Positions 53,005 through 61,996 of a DNA stretch of 64,000 nucleotides are shown in pieces. The position numbers and the translations under genes are program-made. The first letter of the stretch is position 1. Each line of letters opens with the position of its first letter. The notes beneath the pieces are model-generated. The model was not told the DNA's origin. It ran no database searches and saw only the letters and a list, made by a program, of their open reading frames with translations. This DNA is from a virus (lineage: Duplodnaviria > Caudoviricetes), in IMG/VR virus record IMGVR_UViG_3300048849_000173, positions 2,104-66,103 of that record. The stretch is one strand, 5' to 3'.

Positions 53005-55040
53005 GACGTGATGACTTTACGTTGCCGCTGGGCTTGGGCGACGAGCTGATCATCGACAACTTTGCGGGCGGTGGCGGCACCAGCACCGGCCTGGAGGCAG
53101 CATTCGGCCGGCCGGTCGATATCGCCATCAACCACGACGCGCAGGCGCTGGCGATGCACGCCGCCAACCACCCACACACTCGCCACCTGTGCGAGTCGGT
53201 GTGGGACGTCGACCCGATTGCGGTCACCGGCAATCAGCCGGTCGCGCTGGTCTGGCTGTCGCCCGACTGCAAGCATTTCAGCAAGGCCAAGGGCGGGAAG
53301 CCGGTCGAGAAGCGGATCCGCGGCTTGGCCTGGGTTGGCCTGCGATGGGTCGCGCTCACGAAGCCGCGCATGCTGATGCTGGAGAACGTCGAAGAGTTTA
53401 AGACCTGGGGTCCGCTGATCGTTGACGCCGAAGGCAACGCGAAGCCCGACCCAGCCAAGAAGGGCAAGATCTTCAACTCGTTCGTGCGCCAGCTGCGCGC
53501 CCAGGGCTACGCCGTCGACTGGCGCGAGATGCGGGCCTGCGACTTTGGTGCGCCCACCATCCGGAAGCGCTTCTTCCTAGTGGCGCGCCGCGATGGCTTG
53601 CCCATCGTTGGGCCCGAACCCACCCATGGTGCGCCTACCTCGGACAAAGTGCACGCCGGCCGTCGCCTGCCCTGGCGCACCGCCGCCGAGTGCATCGACT
53701 GGTCGATTGCGTGCCCGTCCATCTTCGGCCGCTCGCGTGAGCTGGCTGACGCCACGAAACGCCGGATCGCCAAGGGCATCATGCGGTACGTGGTTGACAG
53801 TGCGGCGCCCTTCATCGTCCCGCTGACGCATCAGGGCAGCGACCGTGTGGAAGGGTTGGACGAGCCCATGCGCACGGTCACCGGCGCCCACCGAGGCGAG
53901 CGTGGTGTGGTGGCACCTACCGTCGTCCAGATCGCGAACTGGAGCAACGGCGACGTTGCCCAGGACGCGAGCAAACCCCTGTCTACAGTGACTGCACACC
54001 CAAGCGGCGGCAGCCATGCGCTGGCAGCGGCCACGCTGGTCGCCATGGGCCACGGTGAGCGACAAGGCCAAGCTCCGCGGGCCCTGGACATCGAGGCACC
54101 CCTGACCACGATCACAGCAGGTGGGCGTCATCAAGCCATGGTGTCCGCGCTACTGGTCGACGCAGCTCATGGCGAGGTATCGCCAACCGGCGTCAAACGC
54201 TGGGGCGCTGGCAGCAAACGTGTCGATGCACCGTTGGGCACCGTACTAGCCAGTGGCGGCAACCAGGCGGTCGCGGCTGTGCACCTAACCAAGTTCCGCC
54301 AGAACAGCATCGGAAGCTTCGCCGACGAGCCCGTGCACACCATCACGGCAGGCGGCGGCACGACCGAGCGCCCTGGTACCGGCGGCGCCATTGGCGTTGT
54401 CGCAGCCTTCCTGGCGAAACATTACACCGGCGTGGTGGGTTCGGACGTCGGCACGCCGATCGGCACCGTCACAGCCGCCGACCACCACTCACTGGTCACC
54501 GCACACCTGCAGCGTGACATGGGCAAGAGCGTCGGCCACGCGGCCACTGCCCCGCTTGGCACCATCACGGCAGGCGGCGGCGGCAAAGCGGCGCTGGTCA
54601 CCAGTCACTTGGCAAAGCTACGTGGCACGAGTCAGGACGGCCAGTCAGTCGAGACGCCGTTGCACACGGTCAGCGCTGGCGGAACCCACCACGCCGAGGT
54701 GCGCGCGTTCCTGATGGCCTATTACGGCACGGACCAATCGCCGCAGATTGACAGGCCGCTGCCGACTGTGACGGCCCGCGATCGCTTCGGTCTGGTCACC
54801 GTCCATGGCCAGGACTATCAGATCGTGGATATCGGCCTGCGCATGCTCTCGCCGCGTGAGCTTTTCCGAGCCCAGGGCTTCCCTGACACATACATCATTG
54901 GCGACGACCCGGCACGGGGCCTGTCGCTCACCAAGAGCGCCCAGGTGCGCATGTGCGGCAACAGCGTTTGTCCGCCGATGTCCGAAGCGCTGGTTCGGGC
55001 CAACTTCGCCCATGAGGCTGCGCTTCGGAGGGTTGCATGA
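53001..55040 (+). CDS. DNA cytosine-C5 methyltransferase with repetitive insert
   Basis: DNFAGGGG (motif I), SPDCKHFS (IV), LENV (VI), RKRFF (VIII), R.LSPREL.RAQGF, VRMCGNSVCP (X). Confidence 0.92.
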   Translation: MRRDDFTLPLGLGDELIIDNFAGGGGTSTGLEAAFGRPVDIAINHDAQALAMHAANHPHTRHLCESVWDVDPIAVTGNQPVALVWLSPDCKHFSKAKGGKPVEKRIRGLAWVGLRWVALTKPRMLMLENVEEFKTWGPLIVDAEGNAKPDPAKKGKIFNSFVRQLRAQGYAVDWREMRACDFGAPTIRKRFFLVARRDGLPIVGPEPTHGAPTSDKVHAGRRLPWRTAAECIDWSIACPSIFGRSRELADATKRRIAKGIMRYVVDSAAPFIVPLTHQGSDRVEGLDEPMRTVTGAHRGERGVVAPTVVQIANWSNGDVAQDASKPLSTVTAHPSGGSHALAAATLVAMGHGERQGQAPRALDIEAPLTTITAGGRHQAMVSALLVDAAHGEVSPTGVKRWGAGSKRVDAPLGTVLASGGNQAVAAVHLTKFRQNSIGSFADEPVHTITAGGGTTERPGTGGAIGVVAAFLAKHYTGVVGSDVGTPIGTVTAADHHSLVTAHLQRDMGKSVGHAATAPLGTITAGGGGKAALVTSHLAKLRGTSQDGQSVETPLHTVSAGGTHHAEVRAFLMAYYGTDQSPQIDRPLPTVTARDRFGLVTVHGQDYQIVDIGLRMLSPRELFRAQGFPDTYIIGDDPARGLSLTKSAQVRMCGNSVCPPMSEALVRANFAHEAALRRVA

Positions 55041-55071
55041 GCTTCGTTAACGCCCTATCGAGGACAGGCAG

Positions 55072-55359
55072 ATGACCGTACCGACAAACAAGGGCGGCCT
55101 CCTTGCACGCCTGGCCGCGCAGCTCTGCGGCCAGCCGGCGTTCCAGCGATGGATTGGCGCCAGCGCAGCAGAGGATGCCGCCGAAACTGTTCGCGTGGTT
55201 TGCCAAGTCGCCAGCCGCGCCCAGCTGGATCACTCGAGATCAGCAGCAGCGCTTTTTCACAAACACATTCGAGGCCCGTGGCTGAAAGGCGCGCCGTTCA
55301 AACGGCCTGAGCACACCGCACGCTGGCACGCAGCCGAGCAAAGGACCACATCAAAATGA
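55072..55359 (+). CDS. Small hypothetical protein
   Basis: AA..VR.VCQV.SRAQLD....AA..FH..IR.PW motif. Confidence 0.6.
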   Translation: MTVPTNKGGLLARLAAQLCGQPAFQRWIGASAAEDAAETVRVVCQVASRAQLDHSRSAAALFHKHIRGPWLKGAPFKRPEHTARWHAAEQRTTSK

Positions 55360-56192
55360 GCCAACCAACGTTCAAGCAAATGATCAAGGACGGCACTATC
55401 AAGCGTGCCGATGCAATGAAGGTGCGTTATGCCGACCTGCATGTCGAGCCAGGTTTCAACTTGCGAGATGAAAATGAAGCTTTCCACGAGAACGTGCTTG
55501 ATCTCGCTGCACACATCGGCAACGGTGGGACGTACCCGCCCCTAGAAGTCCGTCCTCGTCAGGAAGGCGGTGTCTTAATTGTTGATGGGCACTGCAGGCA
55601 TCGGGCCATAGGCATAGCCATCGAGGCGGGGGCTCCCATCGAGTGGGTCGAAGTTCGGCCCTTCGTCGGCAACGACGCTGCGCGCACGATGCGCGTCCTG
55701 ACCAGCTCGAAGGGCCGACGCCTGTCGTCGCTCGAGACGGCCCGCGGCTACCAACGTCTCGTCTCGTTTGGCTTAACGATCGAGGAAATTGCCAAGGGCG
55801 TAAACAAGTCGGGCAGCCATGTGCGTGAGGCCTTAAACCTCCTCAACAACGGTAATGTGGATGTGCATAACCTGATCACAACTGGCGTCGTGTCGGCATC
55901 CGTTGCGAACCAAGTTGTCCGAGAGCATGGCGATAAGGCGGCAGAGGTCATTACAGCAGCGGCGAAGACCGCCAGGGAGTCAGGCAAACGGAGAGTCACT
56001 GCGTCTTCGATCAAGCCACGACCGCTGCCCACAGCGCGGGTACGCAGCTTAGTAGACGAGATCCGCGCGCTCCGCGCGGCGCTGACCGACGAAGTTGCAG
56101 CAAACCTTCCTGATTTAAGGGCGTCAGAGACGGTATCGGTACCCGCCGGCATCCTTCGCAACATCCTTGCCGCCGTGGAGGCGCAGCCATGA
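55356..56192 (+). CDS. ParB-like nuclease/HTH protein
   Basis: VEPGFNLR, YPPLEVR, IVDGHCR, LETARGYQRL..FG....EIAK.V.KS..HV. Confidence 0.82.
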   Translation: MSQPTFKQMIKDGTIKRADAMKVRYADLHVEPGFNLRDENEAFHENVLDLAAHIGNGGTYPPLEVRPRQEGGVLIVDGHCRHRAIGIAIEAGAPIEWVEVRPFVGNDAARTMRVLTSSKGRRLSSLETARGYQRLVSFGLTIEEIAKGVNKSGSHVREALNLLNNGNVDVHNLITTGVVSASVANQVVREHGDKAAEVITAAAKTARESGKRRVTASSIKPRPLPTARVRSLVDEIRALRAALTDEVAANLPDLRASETVSVPAGILRNILAAVEAQP

Positions 56193-56758
56193 ATGAGCAA
56201 TGGAAAGTGGTACCGATCGAGCCGACTCAAGAAATGAAGGACGCCGCTGATAAGGACCATAGCTACTTCGGGCATGTCGCTACAAAGCACTACAGGGCCA
56301 TGCTCGCAGCGGCGCCCCAGCCGCCAGTCCTGTCGACCCTGTCAGAGATTCGCGGATTGGTGGAGGCTGCGGCCCTCGACTACGCGCCTGACGCCAATCT
56401 GGACCGCGCCGCTGACCTGCTGAGTCTGCTGTCTGCGCCGCAGACACCGGCCTTCAGCGATGCAGCGTGGGACGTCTTTGCCGAGCGTCAGAGGCAAGTC
56501 GAGATGGAAGGTTGCACGCCTGCCAAGGACGACACCTACCGACAGTACGAGCTAGGGAACGCAGCCGCCGCCTACATTCTGGATGCGTGCGAGTGGGGAG
56601 CCTTCACGTGCGAAGGAATTTGGCCGTGGGACAAGTCCTGGTTCAAGACCGGCGAGCCGCGCAAAAACCTTGTGAAGGCAGGTGCTCTGGTTTTAGCCGA
56701 GATCGAGCGCTTGGACCGTGCTGCCGCCGCTGCCGGCCGAGAGGCTATCGATGGCTGA
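56189..56758 (+). CDS. Phage hypothetical protein
   Basis: AA.DVFAERQRQ..MEG.TPA.DD...WPW...WFK...RKNLVKAGAL.LAEIERLDR motif. Confidence 0.7.
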   Translation: MNEQWKVVPIEPTQEMKDAADKDHSYFGHVATKHYRAMLAAAPQPPVLSTLSEIRGLVEAAALDYAPDANLDRAADLLSLLSAPQTPAFSDAAWDVFAERQRQVEMEGCTPAKDDTYRQYELGNAAAAYILDACEWGAFTCEGIWPWDKSWFKTGEPRKNLVKAGALVLAEIERLDRAAAAAGREAIDG

Positions 56759-57035
56759 AGAGATTCTTGAAGTCGACGAGGTCGCAGCTCTGTTGAAATG
56801 CGATCCGGAGACGGTTGAGTCGCGAACTCGTTGCGGTGATTTGCCAGGGCTTAAGTTTGGACGTAGCTGGATATACCCCAAACCGGCCTTAATGTCACGG
56901 TTGTGCGACTTGGCAATTGAGGAGTGCGCGAAGCGCAAGCTACCGTCTGAGTCGGTGGCCGTCGTTCCGACATCGCGGCGTCGCGGTCGCGGGCGAGTAC
57001 CTCCTACGCTGCCCGAATTCCCGGGCGATCACTAA
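56751..57035 (+). CDS. Excisionase-like HTH protein
   Basis: ILEVDEVAALLKC.PETV....R.GDLPGLKFGRSW; last gene of the early operon, near int. Confidence 0.8.
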   Translation: MAEEILEVDEVAALLKCDPETVESRTRCGDLPGLKFGRSWIYPKPALMSRLCDLAIEECAKRKLPSESVAVVPTSRRRGRGRVPPTLPEFPGDH

Positions 57036-57168
57036 CCAAACTTTGTGGTGAAGCAAGAAGATAGGTCTCTACAGTCGTACAACCCCATATGCTGCGATAA
57101 CTAGCCCATTCGAGACGGAAGAGCGCGCCAGCAATGGCATTTCCTTGGCTCGACGGTGCTATGACGCA

Positions 57169-57810
57169 CTACAAGACTGGTGAGTTTGCTCTCTCATACA
57201 GCTTTCCACACTTCTCACGCGCCGTGCTTAACATGAGCTCCAGATCTCCCACACCTCCCTTATAAAGTGACCAAGCTGACCGAATGGGAGACGTGTCGCC
57301 CTCTTCGCTTGCTTTCCAATCCCGCCGCATCAAGCGCTCCCATTGCTCGCCAGCCCCTCTAGCATGGGTGATGGTATGCGCGCATGTGGGACTAAGCCGA
57401 AGCATGTCGGCAATGTCAACTCGCTGCAACTGGGTATTTAGAAAGACAAGACACTCGATAGCCGATGCATGACTTTTCTTGCTGTACTCATACGTAAGAA
57501 ACTCCGCCGCCTCTACTCCTGCATTGTGAGCCGATGCAAGCGCAGCACGCGCCAACGTCAAATTTAGCCAGGCTTTATGAGTTTGCTCCGTGTTGCGAAC
57601 GAACCATTGCCACCACGCAATTCCGACAGCTGCGACAGTTGCTCCGACTGTGCCCACTGCCGTCATGACGTCCAACCATTTAACGTCCACTTTAGGCAAG
57701 GACCAGCGCCCAGCAACCCAGCCGAGGACAAGCCCAGCCGATATACCTACGCAGAAAATAACAGCATGCACCCCGCGCAGAGGCCTCTCCAATAGTTTCC
57801 AGGACTGCAT
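57169..57810 (-). CDS. Membrane-anchored cargo protein
   Basis: Two N-terminal hydrophobic helices; opposite strand to the early operon. Confidence 0.7.
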   Translation of the reverse strand: MQSWKLLERPLRGVHAVIFCVGISAGLVLGWVAGRWSLPKVDVKWLDVMTAVGTVGATVAAVGIAWWQWFVRNTEQTHKAWLNLTLARAALASAHNAGVEAAEFLTYEYSKKSHASAIECLVFLNTQLQRVDIADMLRLSPTCAHTITHARGAGEQWERLMRRDWKASEEGDTSPIRSAWSLYKGGVGDLELMLSTAREKCGKLYERANSPVL

Positions 57811-57833
57811 AGCTAACCCAATCTCGTTTTAAG

Positions 57834-58946
57834 TCATTCGTCTCGGCGCCAGGAAATTGCTCCTTCGCAATGCTCGCAACCGCTTGAGTAGCTGTGCTCA
57901 CGATATTTGGTGCCGAGCTCACTGCACCATTCGCATCTGTACAGCTGACCTACAGGGTCTAGGCACGAGGTGCAAAGGTAGCCATCGCCAAACCTGATCA
58001 TCGACCCTTGCGTCTGACAGTTGTCGCAGTTGCCGGACTCGTCCTCATCCGACCGACTATGCCCACCGACCTGCTCCAACAATTCGACGATCTCGCCTTC
58101 ATCAGCATCATAGTCACAGTTCGAGCAGACAAAGCCGTACTCAGGAAAGATTTTGGCGCCTGCGTTGCAAGACTTACAGGCAACATTGTTCCAGACCTCG
58201 CGGCGTCTACAAACAATGCATGAAGAGGTCGAGTGTCCGAGACCGTCGTCAACGAGTTGCGCGGCGTCCTTCTTGCAACCAGAGCAAGCGATCAACTGGG
58301 CGCCACCTTCACTAATCGTTTCTAAACGTCCCTGCACTTCCGCCCACTTAGTTTCAACAAACTTCTCTGCGAATGTTCGATGGTGACCGAGCAGGCGTTC
58401 CATATCAGCGAATCGGTGGGTGAAGTCTGAGAACTCTTCGCCCCATGTGGTAGTGACCAACTCTATGAGCGCTATCCAAGCGGTAAGTTGCTCCAGCGCG
58501 ATCCGCTCGATTTCCTTGGCGGATGCGTCGTGAAAAAAATGCACCATTCTGTTCCGATGCTGACGGATACGGTCGAACGCGTCGGCAGTTCGGTTCGGGA
58601 TCGCGCTGCCAACTACCTTGTCGAGGCGAACGCATGCTTCTTGGAAACTCACGGACTGAAAATTGCCTTTTTCAAATGCCGTTCGCGCAGGATCTTTTGT
58701 GACTACGAGGGTCCAGTGTTCTTTCATGAGACGAGCCTTGAGCACAAGCTCGAGGCCCGTATAGAAGTCGATAACAGAGTTTTTGGGTCGGTCCTGGAGT
58801 GCCTCCAAAGCGCTTTCGAAAAAATCTAGCGCGTTCTCAACTAAGCGCTCAAAAGTGATGCCGTCTTTGTTTCTGGGCCTTTCAGCGCGCTCATCTTCAA
58901 AGTCAAGGTCCGCAAAAGCGCTTAAGGCCATCTGCTCACTGGACAT
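57834..58946 (-). CDS. Putative HEPN-domain protein with C-terminal Zn ribbons
   Basis: Helical N-domain with GLELVLKARL and RNRMVH (RxxxxH), followed by about 8 CxxC pairs. Confidence 0.7.
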   Translation of the reverse strand: MSSEQMALSAFADLDFEDERAERPRNKDGITFERLVENALDFFESALEALQDRPKNSVIDFYTGLELVLKARLMKEHWTLVVTKDPARTAFEKGNFQSVSFQEACVRLDKVVGSAIPNRTADAFDRIRQHRNRMVHFFHDASAKEIERIALEQLTAWIALIELVTTTWGEEFSDFTHRFADMERLLGHHRTFAEKFVETKWAEVQGRLETISEGGAQLIACSGCKKDAAQLVDDGLGHSTSSCIVCRRREVWNNVACKSCNAGAKIFPEYGFVCSNCDYDADEGEIVELLEQVGGHSRSDEDESGNCDNCQTQGSMIRFGDGYLCTSCLDPVGQLYRCEWCSELGTKYREHSYSSGCEHCEGAISWRRDE

Positions 58947-59241
58947 ACCGATGCCTATTCGTGGATTGATCTCAGCAGGCGATCGTAGCTTGGCGAAGAT
59001 TTATTGTCAGTACTTGGGTTAAGCCCTTGGTCGGAAATTCTCCGGGACGCCCACCGATGCGTTATGTGCCCGACTTGAAGTCCGGGTTGAACTGGTTTTA
59101 TTGGTCTAGCGTCGCGAATGTACAGTAACGATGCTTGAGTTCGCACAAGCTAGCGTCGGGCACGGTTTTGCTGCCAAGGAGCTAGAGCTGCCGAAGTCAC
59201 AGCCAAGTACTGCGTCCGATAGACACATTACCGGTCAGCGC

Positions 59242-60420
59242 TTAGGCAACCTTGGCCCATAGGCGCGCCGCCATGTCTTCGGCCCGAAAGGAGGCATAGC
59301 GTTCCGCCATGGACGAACCCGGTACCCATCCCATTATTTTTGAGATCTCCTCTTGGCGGAACATCCACGATCCGTCAGACGATCTCAGTTCAAACCACCG
59401 GCATGTTGCTTCATGCCGCAGGTCATGTTCGGTGAGGTCGACGCAGCCTGCGTACTCGAAAAGCGTCTTGAAGCGCTTGGACAATCTGTTCGTGACGTCT
59501 GGCAGCTTCGCCTCGTCACCATCCCAGAAGGGAAAGACGAGATCATTGGCGCTCCAGAATGGGCGGCTTGCCATGTGCTCAGTCAGCAGTTCATGAATCT
59601 CCCTCGTCATAGGCACATCCCGGAATTTCACGCGCCCCCGCCATTGCTTCGTTGACCTTACCCGGTAGCGCCGGCTGGCCAAGTCAATCTGGCTCGCTCG
59701 CGTTGTGTACGCTTCCCGAAGCCGCACACCGGTCCCAATAATCAGGTGGAATAGCGTCCGCAGCATGGGAAGGTCATCCGAAACAAGCGGACGCTCTCGG
59801 TCAGCTCGCTTTTCTCCAGCGAGGGCGGCGAGAATCTGGCGCTCTTCGCCAACTGCGAGGCGCCGGTCGCGCTGGACGTCAACCTTAGGTTCCATTCCGG
59901 CCCTGCGCGCGACTTCGGCATCAACCTCGTTATAGGTCGAATAGCCCCTGGGAAGTGATGTCAGCGGGTTCGGCAGCCCCAGGTCAGGTGATGTTCGGAT
60001 TTCCCACGCGAGCATCTCAGAAAGTGCGCCCACTCGCTTCCGGATGGTGCCCGGCGCCAAGTTGCGGACGCGCTTCATGCCGCGCACCCACTCGTCCGCC
60101 CAGCGATAGGTCAGCTGTGAGCGTTCCAGCTTACCCAGTTCATCGAAGAGCAGGTCTAGGATCGCGACGTCAGACTTGGAAGGCTCACCTGTGTTGATCC
60201 ATGCCCTGATTACCGGGCCGACAAGTTGGCGGGTCTGTTTTGCTTCAGCGACCATCGCAGTTGGGACGATGCCGGCGGCAAGCCACTTCTCACACTGCTC
60301 GGCGTACGCTTCTGCGCTTGGCAGATCGTCGAACGTGTAATTCAGCGGCTTTGGCAGCAGCTTGTTGCGTATCGTGACTTTGAAACGCTTACCGTTTGGT
60401 GTGGGGCGGATGGTTGGCAC
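59242..60420 (-). CDS. int: Tyrosine integrase
   Basis: TGVRLRE (R), HDLRHEA (HxxR), MGW (W in place of the second H), ERYA (Y); GTG start after GAGGA; adjacent to the tRNA. Confidence 0.93.
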   Translation of the reverse strand: MPTIRPTPNGKRFKVTIRNKLLPKPLNYTFDDLPSAEAYAEQCEKWLAAGIVPTAMVAEAKQTRQLVGPVIRAWINTGEPSKSDVAILDLLFDELGKLERSQLTYRWADEWVRGMKRVRNLAPGTIRKRVGALSEMLAWEIRTSPDLGLPNPLTSLPRGYSTYNEVDAEVARRAGMEPKVDVQRDRRLAVGEERQILAALAGEKRADRERPLVSDDLPMLRTLFHLIIGTGVRLREAYTTRASQIDLASRRYRVRSTKQWRGRVKFRDVPMTREIHELLTEHMASRPFWSANDLVFPFWDGDEAKLPDVTNRLSKRFKTLFEYAGCVDLTEHDLRHEATCRWFELRSSDGSWMFRQEEISKIMGWVPGSSMAERYASFRAEDMAARLWAKVA

Positions 60421-60579
60421 GTCGGGTTCCTCGGCAGATCGTCTACCGATATTGGAACTCATCTACACGGCAAACTGCGCAGTACACGCGTGATTCGATC
60501 ACTCGGACGAGTGATTTTCAGCGTGTTTGAGGGGTGTTTCAACGGGTTTTCGATGTGTCGGGGATTCGTTGCGAACCGC

Positions 60580-60592
60580 CAACCCGTTGATT
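60580..60592 (-). promoter_or_regulatory. IHF-like site in the att arm
   Basis: Minus strand AATCAACGGGTTG fits WATCAANNNNTTR. Confidence 0.55.
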
Positions 60593-60606
60593 TATATAGA
60601 GAAATT

Positions 60607-60680
60607 TGGAGGCGCGAGCCGGAGTCGAACCGACCTACACGGATTTGCAATCCGGTGCATAACCGCTTTGCTATCGCGCC
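60607..60680 (-). tRNA. tRNA-Cys (GCA); prophage attachment site
   Basis: GGCGCGATAGCAAAGCGGTTATGCACCGGATTGCAAATCCGTGTAGGTCGGTTCGACTCCGGCTCGCGCCTCCA has an acceptor stem, GCA anticodon, TTCGA loop and CCA end. Confidence 0.97.
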
Positions 60681-60699
60681 ATTGCCGAAGCAGCCTGCG

Positions 60700-60728
60700 A
60701 TTCTAGTATTTCCAGACGAAGAGCGCAA
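60700..60728 (-). promoter_or_regulatory. Sigma70 promoter of tRNA-Cys
   Basis: TTGCGC-N17-TAGAAT. Confidence 0.6.
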
Positions 60729-60844
60729 CTCGCCAGCCAAGGTTTTTTGCCGTGTCAACCCATTCGGCGGCCAGAAACGCTGGCAAGCGCTCGCCAGCCC
60801 AGCGTCAGGCACCTGATACGCCACCGAGTTTCGTCAACTCCCGC

Positions 60845-61246
60845 CTACAGGCAAGCCTCGAGCACCGCGATCCGCTTGGCCATGGCCTCGTCGTCCCCCG
60901 AGGCCATCCGATAAAGACTGACTTCGGTGTTGACGGGACCCGGCCGCAGTTCGAGCCGCTCGCGCTGCCCTTCCGACTCGATCCGCTGCCCGTTGTCGTT
61001 GGAAGCCACCACCGCCGCAGCCGGGCTGTTCTCGGCCTGGTGGCGCCAGCCCCAGGCGATGCACTCGGCCAGTCCTTCCATGGGCTTGCGGGAAATGAAA
61101 AATGCGTCGGGCTTGGTGGTGGTTGAAGCAGACACCACGCCACCGTTGCTGTCGACCATTTCCGGCGACTTCCACGGTCCCGACGGACCCTGACCGCTGC
61201 AAGCGGCCAATGCTGCAAGGCTGGCTGCGCCCAGATACCGTCTCAT
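60845..61246 (-). CDS. Lipoprotein (host)
   Basis: MRRYLGAASLAALAAC lipobox. Confidence 0.75.
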   Translation of the reverse strand: MRRYLGAASLAALAACSGQGPSGPWKSPEMVDSNGGVVSASTTTKPDAFFISRKPMEGLAECIAWGWRHQAENSPAAAVVASNDNGQRIESEGQRERLELRPGPVNTEVSLYRMASGDDEAMAKRIAVLEACL

Positions 61247-61339
61247 GCTCCCCCCCGGGAATGTGCGTCGGTCGATCATAACCCGGGGTAATGGGGGGCA
61301 ATCAATGGCATTCGTGCACAGACCGTGTGGCCTGTTGTT

Positions 61340-61564
61340 TCACGAGATATCCAGCGATTCCGGCCATTCGCGCACGCGCTGCACGGACGTCGTGCCAACG
61401 ACCAGATAAACGGCCATCAGGCCGGCCTTGTTGCGGACCAGGACATAGCGCTGGCCGTCGGCTTCGCGGATCAGCGAGTCCTTGCCGGGTTGGTCGGGAG
61501 ACCCGCTGCGCAGGTATGCCTTGATTGCGCGCTTGATCAGCGCGGCATCACTTCCTTGTTCCAT
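61340..61564 (-). CDS. Small hypothetical protein (host)
   Basis: Protein-like ORF from ATG 61564. Confidence 0.55.
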   Translation of the reverse strand: MEQGSDAALIKRAIKAYLRSGSPDQPGKDSLIREADGQRYVLVRNKAGLMAVYLVVGTTSVQRVREWPESLDIS

Positions 61565-61744
61565 TGCACTCTCGTTCTGGGAAAAACTACAAACCGCACA
61601 GCATGGCGCGGCGCGTTCCATCAACCGTTTGCCGCGAAAAAAGCGGCGTCACGCCCGGTAATGACAAGGGGATGACGGTTCATGGCATCCGGTCTCGCTG
61701 CGCGGCACAAAATTTGCTGGAGGCACAGTATCACGGAGATTGAC

Positions 61745-61996
61745 ATGTCCACCGCACTGCCCGCCTACGACATCTACTATCGCGCCATGCTGCTCGCGGC
61801 AGAAATGGCACTGCCCTACCACGGCGTTCCGGATCCGGATGAAACCGACTCGGAACAACCCGTGGAGCCGGACTCGCCGGAACCCTCGCCGAACAGCCCG
61901 GTATTGAGCTGGCACCGGGACAGCGTCCGTCGTAACCCGGCCGCCTCAGGCGACGAGGCTGTCCAGGGCCACACTACAGGACTGTTGGACCTTTAA
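61745..61996 (+). CDS. Small hypothetical protein (host)
   Basis: GGAG RBS before ATG 61745; Pro/acidic-rich. Confidence 0.4.
   Translation: MSTALPAYDIYYRAMLLAAEMALPYHGVPDPDETDSEQPVEPDSPEPSPNSPVLSWHRDSVRRNPAASGDEAVQGHTTGLLDL

Larger units (their letters stand above)
1..60650. mobile_element. Integrated prophage with P1-like myovirus morphogenesis and lambdoid control; left boundary outside the window
   Basis: Continuous run of terminase, portal, capsid, sheath, tube, baseplate, lysis, cI/cro, O-like rep, DnaB, xis and int genes ending at the 3' end of tRNA-Cys. No second copy of the tRNA 3' end was found in the window. Confidence 0.92.

Noticed and set aside
53001-55040. Methylase as part of a restriction-modification system
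   Set aside because: No adjacent restriction endonuclease; its position in the early operon fits an orphan phage methylase.
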